Source of the DNA: an uncultured Candidatus Saccharibacteria bacterium
GTDB taxonomy: Bacteria > Patescibacteriota > Minisyncoccia > Phycocordibacterales > UBA9973
Length of the DNA: 64,000 bases
Reading direction: 5' to 3'
NCBI GenBank assembly: GCA_964544225.1
Contig: CAZIZK010000002.1
Span: 69,452-133,451, forward strand
Part shown: positions 46,943 through 55,159 of the stretch, piece after piece
How positions within the stretch are numbered: position 1 is the stretch's first letter
How the letters are laid out: each line of letters opens with the position of its first letter
Translations under genes and position numbers: made by a program
Notes under the pieces: generated by a model
Databases searched by the model: none
What the model was told of the DNA's origin: nothing
Seen by the model: the letters and a program-made list of their open reading frames with translations, nothing else

Positions 46943-47815
46943 ATGCTATATTATTTTTATATGCAATTACAATACTTTACATATTTTTTAAACCCTCTGA
47001 GTACTCCGAGCTTATTTCCTGAAACGAGACCTAAAAAGGAAATATTCAGACAAGTCTTACAGCAGAAAAACTTAAAATATAAGGCTTCTGGATCAGATTT
47101 AGCCTACGTTTTTGAAAAAGAAGATGGAGATTATATAGTTGCTAAATTAGGCAAAAAGCAATCTCTTAAGAGAAGCCTTCCTCCAGAAGAAAGGTTTGAA
47201 GAAACTATTGATGAAAATTGGCCACATTGTTTAGTTTTTTTTAATTTAGATGAAAATCCTAATACAGGTCAAAAAATTGCATTTGAATATAAAACAAATA
47301 TTTTTAAAACACCCTTTGTCCAACTGCAAGATCTTGCTGAGGAACTAAATATTGCACTTTTTAATTCTAATTATGCTGTGTCAATTCATCCAGTAACAGA
47401 AGAGAGAAAGTTTTGGGATATTGTTAAAGAAAACCAAGGTAAGATTGAAAAAGTAACTTTTTCTTTTAATGCACCAAATCTTTTTAATCTAAAAAATAAT
47501 TTAAATGACGATTTAAGAAATGCTCAGGAGAAATTTGGACTAACAAAGGCAACCGTTGAATTCGAAAATCCACAAGGGAAACTCACTCTTTCAGAAGATA
47601 ATGATTTTTTACAACAAGGCGTAGAGTATGTTCGTAAGGGAGGAGGAGACTTTCATCTTAAAATAAAAAATAGTAAAAGCAGAATAATCAGAAGTGAGGA
47701 TGGTGTGATGACTAAAACAGTTGATTATGAAGATATTGAGGCAAGAATAAAATTTGATAATCCTAATGTTATCAACAGTGCAATTAAAAATATTTTTGAT
47801 AAAATAAAAGAATGA
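46943..47815 (+). CDS. Hypothetical protein (AT-rich island)
   Basis: 290 aa ORF with no recognisable motif. Overlaps the next gene by ATGA. Confidence 0.4.
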   Translation: MLYYFYMQLQYFTYFLNPLSTPSLFPETRPKKEIFRQVLQQKNLKYKASGSDLAYVFEKEDGDYIVAKLGKKQSLKRSLPPEERFEETIDENWPHCLVFFNLDENPNTGQKIAFEYKTNIFKTPFVQLQDLAEELNIALFNSNYAVSIHPVTEERKFWDIVKENQGKIEKVTFSFNAPNLFNLKNNLNDDLRNAQEKFGLTKATVEFENPQGKLTLSEDNDFLQQGVEYVRKGGGDFHLKIKNSKSRIIRSEDGVMTKTVDYEDIEARIKFDNPNVINSAIKNIFDKIKE

Positions 47816-48264
47816 GATTTCTTGGATTTTTATTTTTAACAATTCTAATTTCTGCTGGTATTATTACTGTAGATATTCTTCTTCCTGGAAATTTTTTAAT
47901 TAACTTTATCAATAATCATTACATTGAAACCTTTGCTTCTTTAATTGGTTTCAATCTTGCGTCAGTAACATTTTTACTCGGACAACTTATTACCATTGAA
48001 GCAACAATAAATCAAGAGTCTATGTTCGAATCAACAAGAAAAGAAATAAAGCACAATGCATTCTTTTTAATTTTTATTTTTGTTGTAGCTTTACTCCTTT
48101 TAACTTTTAGACCTGATATAGGTATAACTGGAAGATTTGACCTAAATATTGCTTATTATGTGGTTAATACTTTAGTAATTTCTATATTTTTAATGGCCTT
48201 GTTTGCTATTTTTGAAATATTGAATTCTGTATTTTCTATAGGTAAATTTTTTAAGAAAAAATAA
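47812..48264 (+). CDS. Hypothetical 4-TM membrane protein (AT-rich island)
   Basis: 150 aa with 4 hydrophobic helices. Translationally coupled to the 46943 gene. Confidence 0.4.
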   Translation: MRFLGFLFLTILISAGIITVDILLPGNFLINFINNHYIETFASLIGFNLASVTFLLGQLITIEATINQESMFESTRKEIKHNAFFLIFIFVVALLLLTFRPDIGITGRFDLNIAYYVVNTLVISIFLMALFAIFEILNSVFSIGKFFKKK

Positions 48265-48372
48265 TTTTTGATATAACAACAAGAATTAAAATTGTAAAAT
48301 TAATTAATCTCAAGTTGTTTTTTACCTATCTTAATAGGTCATTTATATCAATCGGTTCATGTGATTATTTTA

Positions 48373-49122
48373 CTATTTTTGAAATATAAATAAATGCTCG
48401 TGCATTATTAATAAGAAATTTGAATCTTTTGATTTTTGAACCCAAAATCCTGTAGCCTTGCAATTAAATTGCCTCTTAATAATGTCTTCTTTTAATTCAA
48501 AACCAGAATCTAAAAACTTTTGCATTACTTTGTATGCCAATGGCTGATACATTTTATTACGCCTTGTGTCCCCCATTAGAATTGCACAGAATTTACCTGG
48601 TCTTAATACTCGATATAATTCTTTTGCGGTCTTTTCAATTTCATAACAAAACTTGTCTATATCATGAATATTTGAAATATCGTCCTCTATTGTTCCATCG
48701 CTATATTTAATTATGTCTGCATATGGTGGATGAGTAAGAGCAAAATCTATCTCTTTATCTTTAATAAAGCTTAAATTTCTGGCATCACCCTTCACCACTC
48801 TTTGTTTAGATTTATTATCAACAATGAAATCTAAAGCTTTTATAGTTCTTTCAATAGCTACTTCATTAACATCTACACAAGTAATATGCCTATTTAAAAT
48901 TTTTGCTTCTATTGCTGTCGTGCCACCACCAATCATGCAATCTAGCAAATGGTCGCCCTCTTTTGAGTATCTTAAAATTAAATTCCGTACAACCTCTGGT
49001 GCCCAATTACCTCGCCAATCTGAAGTATGTGTAGCCCAGTTACCACGACGAGGAAAAGCCCAGACCGTAGTACACTCCATTTCAAAACTTTCAGGATGAA
49101 GTTTTAAATTTTTTTGAGACAT
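48373..49122 (-). CDS. DNA methyltransferase (N4-cytosine/N6-adenine, PF01555-like)
   Basis: Motif I LDCMIGGGTTAIEA and motif IV THPPYAD. The PF01555-like FP..L region precedes motif I. Confidence 0.7.
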   Translation of the reverse strand: MSQKNLKLHPESFEMECTTVWAFPRRGNWATHTSDWRGNWAPEVVRNLILRYSKEGDHLLDCMIGGGTTAIEAKILNRHITCVDVNEVAIERTIKALDFIVDNKSKQRVVKGDARNLSFIKDKEIDFALTHPPYADIIKYSDGTIEDDISNIHDIDKFCYEIEKTAKELYRVLRPGKFCAILMGDTRRNKMYQPLAYKVMQKFLDSGFELKEDIIKRQFNCKATGFWVQKSKDSNFLLIMHEHLFIFQK

Positions 49123-49130
49123 TGTTTTTT

Positions 49131-49751
49131 TTACTTTTTATTCCAACAATTTTTAGGAAAACCTATTTTCTTTAAAATATCTGTAAACGCAACATATTCA
49201 ATATGTTGTTCTTTGTAAAAAGCCAAGCTTTCTTTGAGTTCGATTGTTTGATTATTTTTATCTAAGAGATCTCCAAAAGCGAACTTTTCTCTAGCTTCAT
49301 ATTCTTGATAGCCAACTAAAATTATTTGTAGTGGTTTGTGATAAAGCCTTGGAACTTCTCCATATTTCAAAGGTACACCAAGAATTTTTTCGCCCGCAGT
49401 ACCTGGAGTAGACCAGCTTCTACCTTTTACTTCATAAACATAATCGTCACATTCTAAATCTGGATCATATTTTTTAGTTCTTAATGAGCTTTTTTTAGTG
49501 GTGGTAGACCTAACATTTTTTCTACCGAGCTTAATAAGTGCCTCCATTACTAATTCTTGGCAAAGTACAGTTGTCCATTGTTTTCCGCCAATGGTATTAA
49601 TAACCTTATTGCCCCAATCTTGCTCAATTTTCTTTGATTCTTTAAGCCTTTTCTCGCTTTCAGTATTACGCAAAGAAATATCAGTGATACCTTCATAGCA
49701 CCATTGAATAACTTTTGGATTATTAAGCAAATTTAAATTTTCTTTTTTCAT
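49131..49751 (-). CDS. Putative restriction endonuclease (PD-(D/E)xK-like)
   Basis: ECDDYVYEVKG resembles a (D/E)xK catalytic motif. Gene is immediately upstream of, and co-oriented with, the methyltransferase. Confidence 0.4.
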   Translation of the reverse strand: MKKENLNLLNNPKVIQWCYEGITDISLRNTESEKRLKESKKIEQDWGNKVINTIGGKQWTTVLCQELVMEALIKLGRKNVRSTTTKKSSLRTKKYDPDLECDDYVYEVKGRSWSTPGTAGEKILGVPLKYGEVPRLYHKPLQIILVGYQEYEAREKFAFGDLLDKNNQTIELKESLAFYKEQHIEYVAFTDILKKIGFPKNCWNKK

Positions 49752-49771
49752 AAATATTTTTTGATGTGAAA

Positions 49772-50860
49772 TTAGAATGGAATATCTAAAGGATCAATTT
49801 CTTCATTTTGAGTGTTAGGATCAGGTACATAATAAAATGTGTCTTTATTAATTTTATATGTTTCAATATATTTCTTTTTTATAGCTTCCCAATCTTCACT
49901 AGAAATATATCTGTCCTTTAAAGATGTTAGTAATAATTCAATTAAAGAAATATTATAATTACAAATTAATTTATAAAAATACTCATTAGATACTTTTATT
50001 CTGTCCTTTTCCGAATGTCGAACATCAAATATGCTGTTATTGAGTGTTTGGCATGTTTTTGCCATATCACTAATTATTACCATAAATTCCGCCTCCCTTT
50101 TTTCTTTTTCATCTGTGTTAACAACAATTAAGCTTACTAGGTCTTTTTTCAATCCATCTATAACATTCTTCTTTGATTCAGTTTCATCGCTAAAAATTAA
50201 TCCTAAAATCTCTGCAGATATTTTGGATGCATTTATGTAGTCATCTTCATCAAAGAAACTATAGTAAGAATTTATTTTTTCTGATAATTTAACATCTTTC
50301 AACTGAGATGCAATATTTCTCAAATCCTCTCCTTCGTTTTTAGTAATTAAGTCTTCTTTTATATAGTAATTAATTTTTTCTTCCTTAAAGATATTGTTAA
50401 TTCTATTAATGACATCTTTTCTTTGATTTGCTTTAGAAAAAAGAATAGTTGCTTCTAGTAAATCAAAAAGTATGAAATCATCGTAAACATCTTCCATAAT
50501 TTGTTTTTCATCATTACTAACAACTGATTCACCTTTAAATTTAAATGGGTAGTAATCAAAACTATCAGAAAATCTATACCCAAGTTCTGATTCAGAAAAA
50601 TCATCTATAAGTTTTTTGTTAAAGTAGTGGGCCTTGTCTTTTCTATTTTCAATTAGAATATATTTCTCTAAAAAAAGATCTGAGCTTGAAATAAATTTCA
50701 ATAGGGAAACTAATCTAATTCTTGTTTGAGAATTAATAATTTCATTCCTTTTCTGCCTATTTAAGTAACCTATTCTGGAATCTCTATTATTAACCGTGCT
50801 AGACCTATAAAAATTAGACGCAAATCCATCTCTTTTGTTTCTTTTTGAGAAAAGTTTCAT
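49772..50860 (-). CDS. Hypothetical protein within the restriction-modification island
   Basis: 362 aa, helical and charged. No recognisable motif. Tightly packed between the Dam-like methyltransferase and the putative nuclease. Confidence 0.4.
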   Translation of the reverse strand: MKLFSKRNKRDGFASNFYRSSTVNNRDSRIGYLNRQKRNEIINSQTRIRLVSLLKFISSSDLFLEKYILIENRKDKAHYFNKKLIDDFSESELGYRFSDSFDYYPFKFKGESVVSNDEKQIMEDVYDDFILFDLLEATILFSKANQRKDVINRINNIFKEEKINYYIKEDLITKNEGEDLRNIASQLKDVKLSEKINSYYSFFDEDDYINASKISAEILGLIFSDETESKKNVIDGLKKDLVSLIVVNTDEKEKREAEFMVIISDMAKTCQTLNNSIFDVRHSEKDRIKVSNEYFYKLICNYNISLIELLLTSLKDRYISSEDWEAIKKKYIETYKINKDTFYYVPDPNTQNEEIDPLDIPF

Positions 50861-50861
50861 A

Positions 50862-51830
50862 TTAATAATTAGTTACTAATACCTCTGTAATTTTTCCGCG
50901 ACCTGTGCCTTTTGAGTTTATCGATCTGCCAGCTTCGATTTTATTGATTTTCACCTTCTTGTCTTTTAATTCAGAATAGATCTTATTTATAAAAGGTGTA
51001 TCTGAATTTGAAAGCATAACAAAACAACCTCTGTTATGGAGCTGATAAAATACATCCCTGAGTTCTATCTGTTCTTTATCAAGGAAAGAATCGGCAGTAT
51101 AAGCAGTAAATGAAGAAGTTTTGTTGATTGGGTAATATGGTGGGTCAAAGTATATAAAGTCCCCTTTTTTAGCTTTCTTTAACACATTTTTATAATCTCC
51201 ATGATTAATTGTCACTTTTTGTAAAGAAGCTGAGACTTTTTTAAGATTCACCTCATCACAGATAAGAGCATTTTTATTTAATCCAAAAGGGGTATTAAAT
51301 CCACCTTGTTTATTAACACGATACAGGCCATTGAAACATGTCCTGTTTAAATAAATAAACCTTGAAGCTATCTCTACCTCTGATAAATCTTTAATATTTT
51401 TTGCACGAATTTTTAGAAAATAATCTTTATTGTTTTTATGTTTTTTAAGAGTTCCAATCAATTCATCCACATTATTTTTTATAACATTATAGGTAACTAC
51501 TAGTTCATTATTTAAATCAGAAAGTATTGCTTTTTTAGGAAGTAGGTCAAAGAAAACAGCACCACCCCCTACAAATGGTTCAAAATATGTGTTCTTTAAT
51601 GCATCAAAACCTTCAGGAGGATAGAAACCTAAATCACGAAATTGTTTTAATAATTGTCTTTTGCCACCTACCCATTTTACAAAAGGTTTTGCTTTTTCAT
51701 TAATTATTTTTTTAATTTCTTCAGGAACAAACTTACCTTTTGTGTGGTGTAAAATATGTTGAGCAAAAATTGAATTTATATCAAAATCCTTTTGAATTTT
51801 TTTAGATATTTCGTGTGTTGTCATGCTCAT
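50862..51830 (-). CDS. Dam-family DNA N6-adenine methyltransferase (D12 class)
   Basis: PFVKWVGGKRQLL N-terminal motif and IYFDPPYY catalytic motif. Start taken at MSMTTHE (ORF caller used a TTG at 51863). Confidence 0.85.
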   Translation of the reverse strand: MSMTTHEISKKIQKDFDINSIFAQHILHHTKGKFVPEEIKKIINEKAKPFVKWVGGKRQLLKQFRDLGFYPPEGFDALKNTYFEPFVGGGAVFFDLLPKKAILSDLNNELVVTYNVIKNNVDELIGTLKKHKNNKDYFLKIRAKNIKDLSEVEIASRFIYLNRTCFNGLYRVNKQGGFNTPFGLNKNALICDEVNLKKVSASLQKVTINHGDYKNVLKKAKKGDFIYFDPPYYPINKTSSFTAYTADSFLDKEQIELRDVFYQLHNRGCFVMLSNSDTPFINKIYSELKDKKVKINKIEAGRSINSKGTGRGKITEVLVTNY

Positions 51831-51859
51831 ATATTTTAGCACAAAATATTGATTTTTAG

Positions 51860-52033
51860 TCAATTTAATTCCTTTAGCAAATCCTCATAATCAAGCGGCT
51901 CAGTGACCATTTCGACGAGGCCGTCGTTGGAGACTTTCCGTTCATTCTTTGGCCTGTCTACGTATATCTCTACCCCATTGTTGTCGGGGTCGCGTAGGTA
52001 GATGGCCTCGGACACGCCGTAAGGCAGTAATAT
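51860..52033 (-). pseudogene. Fragment of a VOC-family (glyoxalase/ring-cleaving dioxygenase) gene, C-terminal 57 codons only
   Basis: Minus-strand frame reads ILLPYGVSEAIYLRDPDNNGVEIYVDRPKNERKVSNDGLVEMVTEPLDYEDLLKELN*, with an in-frame stop immediately upstream and no start codon. Typical VOC beta-alpha-beta-beta-beta C-terminus. Confidence 0.55.
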
Positions 52034-52074
52034 TTAGGTATTTTCCAGAGCTGTGGATAAAGTGGCATAAAATG

Positions 52075-52102
52075 TTGACTTATATCCCAATAGTGATATA
52101 AT
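52075..52102 (+). promoter_or_regulatory. Near-consensus sigma70 promoter (TTGACT-N16-TATAAT)
   Basis: ttgact tatatcccaatagtga tataat, with no plus-strand CDS downstream. Confidence 0.5.
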
Positions 52103-52128
52103 CTGCATATCACGAATGGAAGAGATCA

Positions 52129-52169
52129 CCCTTTAAGGTTTTGTCCTTAAGGGGCCTTTTCTTTTTTAT
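52129..52169 (+). terminator. Intrinsic terminator (ccctttaagg-ttttgt-ccttaagggg + ccttttctttttt)
   Basis: 10 bp stem with one G-U pair and a long U-run. Overlaps the stop of the convergent NYN gene. Confidence 0.6.
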
Positions 52170-52644
52170 ACGCCAATTTATTCTGTAAGTCATTCATAAA
52201 TCTTAGATAGGGCTTTACATAATGCATCTTTAAAAGTGCTGAAAACCTGAGTTTGTTTGGTATTAAAACAGCCTGAAGCTTTTCTTTTTCTATAAAGTAG
52301 TTTATTAGGCAATGAAAATCTCCATCACCACTGACAATAATAGCTTTATCGAAATTCATGTATTCTATCATTGATTGTAAAACAAGCTCGGCATCACAAT
52401 TACCCTTGGTGGTTCCATCTTTATGTTTTAGTGTGGGTTTAAAAATACAGATAAATCCAGCTTCTTGTAAAGATGTATATAAAAGATTATTCCCTTCTAT
52501 ATAACCAATAAATAAAAAGGCTTTTGTAACCCCATATTTTTCAGTTAAGTATACACGGAATCTTTTGAAGTCTAACTTCCAACCAAGCCCTTGAATCCCA
52601 AGGTTTAAATTTTGACTATCTATAAAAGCATAGTTGTTGCTCAT
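52147..52644 (-). CDS. NYN-domain (LabA-like PIN) protein
   Basis: YAFIDSQNL..KGNCDAELV..IVSGDGDF conserved NYN acidic residues. Confidence 0.75.
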   Translation of the reverse strand: MSNNYAFIDSQNLNLGIQGLGWKLDFKRFRVYLTEKYGVTKAFLFIGYIEGNNLLYTSLQEAGFICIFKPTLKHKDGTTKGNCDAELVLQSMIEYMNFDKAIIVSGDGDFHCLINYFIEKEKLQAVLIPNKLRFSALLKMHYVKPYLRFMNDLQNKLAYKKEKAP

Positions 52645-52735
52645 ATAAATATTTTACCATAAACTTTAAATGTAATATAATAGATATATTATGAAAGAGA
52701 CCCTTGTATAGGTACGCCTATACCGGGGGCTTTTT

Positions 52736-52975
52736 TTATAATAAATTATCTATCCCGCCGCCGTCGGTGACATGGGTAAAGCCATTCTCTGCCAGCATGT
52801 TGCAGGCCATCATGGATCGGTTGCCCGATTCGCAATACACTACTATCTCGGCACCCTTTTCTATATCAGGGAACTTGCCATACATCATGTCCATAATGTC
52901 GTGATGTATCGCACCGTCTACACAGCCACAATCATACTCGCCTTTTGTTCGCACATCTAAAATATACCTAGTCAT
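52736..52975 (-). CDS. Single-domain rhodanese sulfurtransferase
   Basis: Starts MTRYILDVRTKGEYD. Active-site CESGNRS. TTGTGGTATAAT sits directly upstream, so likely leaderless. Confidence 0.75.
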   Translation of the reverse strand: MTRYILDVRTKGEYDCGCVDGAIHHDIMDMMYGKFPDIEKGAEIVVYCESGNRSMMACNMLAENGFTHVTDGGGIDNLL

Positions 52976-53044
52976 ATAGCTATTATACCACAATAAAAAA
53001 GAACCCTTTTACCAGACAGCGACCCGGTCGCTGGTTGGTTTGAC

Positions 53045-53113
53045 CCCGTTAGAAGCCGCCCTCTTTAGTAAAAGAGTGCTACGGTCACCTTGGGGCGACC
53101 TGCTTCTAACGGG
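53045..53113. mobile_element. MITE-like element, copy B (short)
   Basis: CCCGTTAGAAGCCGCCC..GGGGCGACCTGCTTCTAACGGG terminal inverted repeats. Perfect 7 bp direct repeat GTTTGAC on both flanks (53038-53044 and 53114-53120). The right copy forms a TTGACA -35-like hexamer. Confidence 0.6.
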
Positions 53114-53166
53114 GTTTGACAATAGGGTTATTTAGGAGTACTTTTAAAAGAAAAAGGAGGTAAATT

Positions 53167-53751
53167 ATGTTCCAAAAAACAATTTTTCTAGGCTTGTTGG
53201 ATCAATACGCAGATGTATTTTCCCACAAAGAAGATGATGGCGACTTGGTTATAAATCTGAAGGACAATGTAAAGAAACGCATTTTTGAAAGATTCTGGCA
53301 AGAATTTATCGACCTTGCGTGGTTGATAGGGCTAAAGAATACAAAAGTGAATGTGGAGTTGCGTTACAAATCAAAATCAGCTTCTGATATAGGTGATTAT
53401 TATCTAACAGGTAAAATTATATCACTTAAAAATGAATTATTTGTAGATTCTTATACTTCAATCTTTATGGATACTAATCAAATGCAATCCATGTCTGTAA
53501 GGAGGAATACTCTTGATTCAAATGATGATCTGATAGTTGATTATAAGTTAAATAATCATTTAGAGGATCAGGTGCGAATTTTCTGGAGTTTAGAGCCCCT
53601 AAGTGACATTGAAAGGTTTGATTGTATATTAAAAGAAGTAGAAAATGAATTTATTTCTCATACTAATAATCGTGCCTATTATCAGATCGGACTGGCTATA
53701 CCGATCTATAAAATAAAACGCCTTCGGTTCTATTCCATATACGAAGAATAG
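53167..53751 (+). CDS. Hypothetical protein
   Basis: 194 aa ORF with a strong SD (aaaggaggt). No recognisable motif. Confidence 0.4.
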   Translation: MFQKTIFLGLLDQYADVFSHKEDDGDLVINLKDNVKKRIFERFWQEFIDLAWLIGLKNTKVNVELRYKSKSASDIGDYYLTGKIISLKNELFVDSYTSIFMDTNQMQSMSVRRNTLDSNDDLIVDYKLNNHLEDQVRIFWSLEPLSDIERFDCILKEVENEFISHTNNRAYYQIGLAIPIYKIKRLRFYSIYEE

Positions 53752-53812
53752 TAACCACTAAATTTTAAAAAAGCTTTACAGGTTATATAGACCTGTAAAG
53801 CTTTTTTTATTT

Positions 53813-54337
53813 TTAATACAGCTTTAGCTCTTTGCGGAGGGCTTTATAATCGGGTATATACGTGGCTACAAGGCCCCAGAAGCGTGCTGAATGGTTCATC
53901 TGGGCTAAGTGGCATAGTTCGTGTACTACTAGGTAATCCTGCAAATTTTCAGGCAAGAAAAGTATTTTATAATTGAAGTTCAAGTTCTTCTTGCCACTAC
54001 AGCTTCCCCACCTGGTGGACTGGTTCTTGATAGATATCTTGCCGATATCGTATTGATAAAATTGGTTATAATACTCTACCCTACTCATCGCAAGCTTCAG
54101 AGCCTCATCCTTGTACGCTCGATAATCTTGTTTGTTGTGGTGGGCTAGTAATCTGGTTGGCCGAGCAGACATCTCTGATACTTTAGCTGTGATCCACGCA
54201 CTCTTCCTATGTACGAGTAATTTTATATATGCGAGTGGAACGCGAAGTGGCTTTGTGATAGTCACAAAGCCACTGTCGTCTACACGAATCGTGATACGTT
54301 TCGATTTCTTATTTGATTTAACTTTATATTCAATCAA
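53813..54337 (-). CDS. YgjP-like M48-family metallohydrolase (DUF45)
   Basis: RWGSCS..YLVVHELCHL..NHSARFW (HExxH) signature. Confidence 0.75.
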   Translation of the reverse strand: MIEYKVKSNKKSKRITIRVDDSGFVTITKPLRVPLAYIKLLVHRKSAWITAKVSEMSARPTRLLAHHNKQDYRAYKDEALKLAMSRVEYYNQFYQYDIGKISIKNQSTRWGSCSGKKNLNFNYKILFLPENLQDYLVVHELCHLAQMNHSARFWGLVATYIPDYKALRKELKLY

Positions 54338-54347
54338 ATCGTATTTA

Positions 54348-55010
54348 TTACTTCAAACTGATACTCTCCAATATTACAGGCTTTACTGGGCGGTCATTTG
54401 GGCCTGTTGCAACATTGTTGATAGCTGTTACTACGTCCATACCGGCTGTTACCTTGCCAAATACTGTGTGCTTTGTATCAAGGAAATTGTTCGGAGCAAC
54501 GTTGACGAAGAATTGGCTACCGTTTGTATTTGGGCCAGAGTTGGCCATTGATATAGTGCCTACATCGTTGCGGTTTGTAGATGTCAATTCATCGTCGAAC
54601 TTGTACCCTGGGCCACCTGTACCCCAATAATCAGCCCTGCTGTCATCCTTTGTCAGTGGGTCGCCACCTTGGTTCATAAAGCCTTTTATAACACGGTGGA
54701 ACTTTGTGCCGTTGTAGAAGCCCTCCTTTGCTAATTTGGTAAAGTTGTCCACTGTGCGTGGTGTTGTGTTACTAAACTCGATAGTGATGTCGCCCATGTT
54801 TGTGTGTAATGTTGCTTGCATAATCTTCTTGTTATTTACTTCTTTATTAATAATTGTTTTATCGCCTGCGTCTGTCGCCTGTGTTGTATTGTCTAATAAT
54901 TGATTGATATCTTGGTTATTTACATTGTCGGACTGTTTATTCCTAATAGCAAAGTAAGCCATACCACCTATTACTAATAATATAATAATACCTATTAAAA
55001 CTTTTTTCAT
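54348..55010 (-). CDS. ppiB: Peptidyl-prolyl cis-trans isomerase, cyclophilin type (membrane-anchored)
   Basis: FHRVIKGFMNQGGDP and ..GTISMANSGPNTNGSQFF cyclophilin motifs. N-terminal TM. Confidence 0.85.
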   Translation of the reverse strand: MKKVLIGIIILLVIGGMAYFAIRNKQSDNVNNQDINQLLDNTTQATDAGDKTIINKEVNNKKIMQATLHTNMGDITIEFSNTTPRTVDNFTKLAKEGFYNGTKFHRVIKGFMNQGGDPLTKDDSRADYWGTGGPGYKFDDELTSTNRNDVGTISMANSGPNTNGSQFFVNVAPNNFLDTKHTVFGKVTAGMDVVTAINNVATGPNDRPVKPVILESISLK

Positions 55011-55047
55011 AAGAAGATTATATCATAAAATAAAAGAAAAACAGGCC

Positions 55048-55113
55048 ATAGGCCTGTTACTTCTTTACTACCTTCTTTGGCTTCTTTGTCTCCTTCTTCT
55101 GCCTGTTATCACC
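55048..55113 (-). CDS. 21-aa lysine-rich micro-ORF (MGKGDNRQKKETKKPKKVVKK), possibly bTHX-like
   Basis: Sits between an extended -10 (TTGTGGTATAAT, minus strand 55152-55165) and a strong minus-strand terminator overlapping its stop (caggcctatggcctg + ttttcttttatttt). The MGKGD N-terminus resembles ribosomal protein THX. No SD. Too short for the ORF track. Confidence 0.25.
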
Positions 55114-55159
55114 TTTTCCCATATAATTATTTAAAATTAACTTTTAATATATTTATTAT

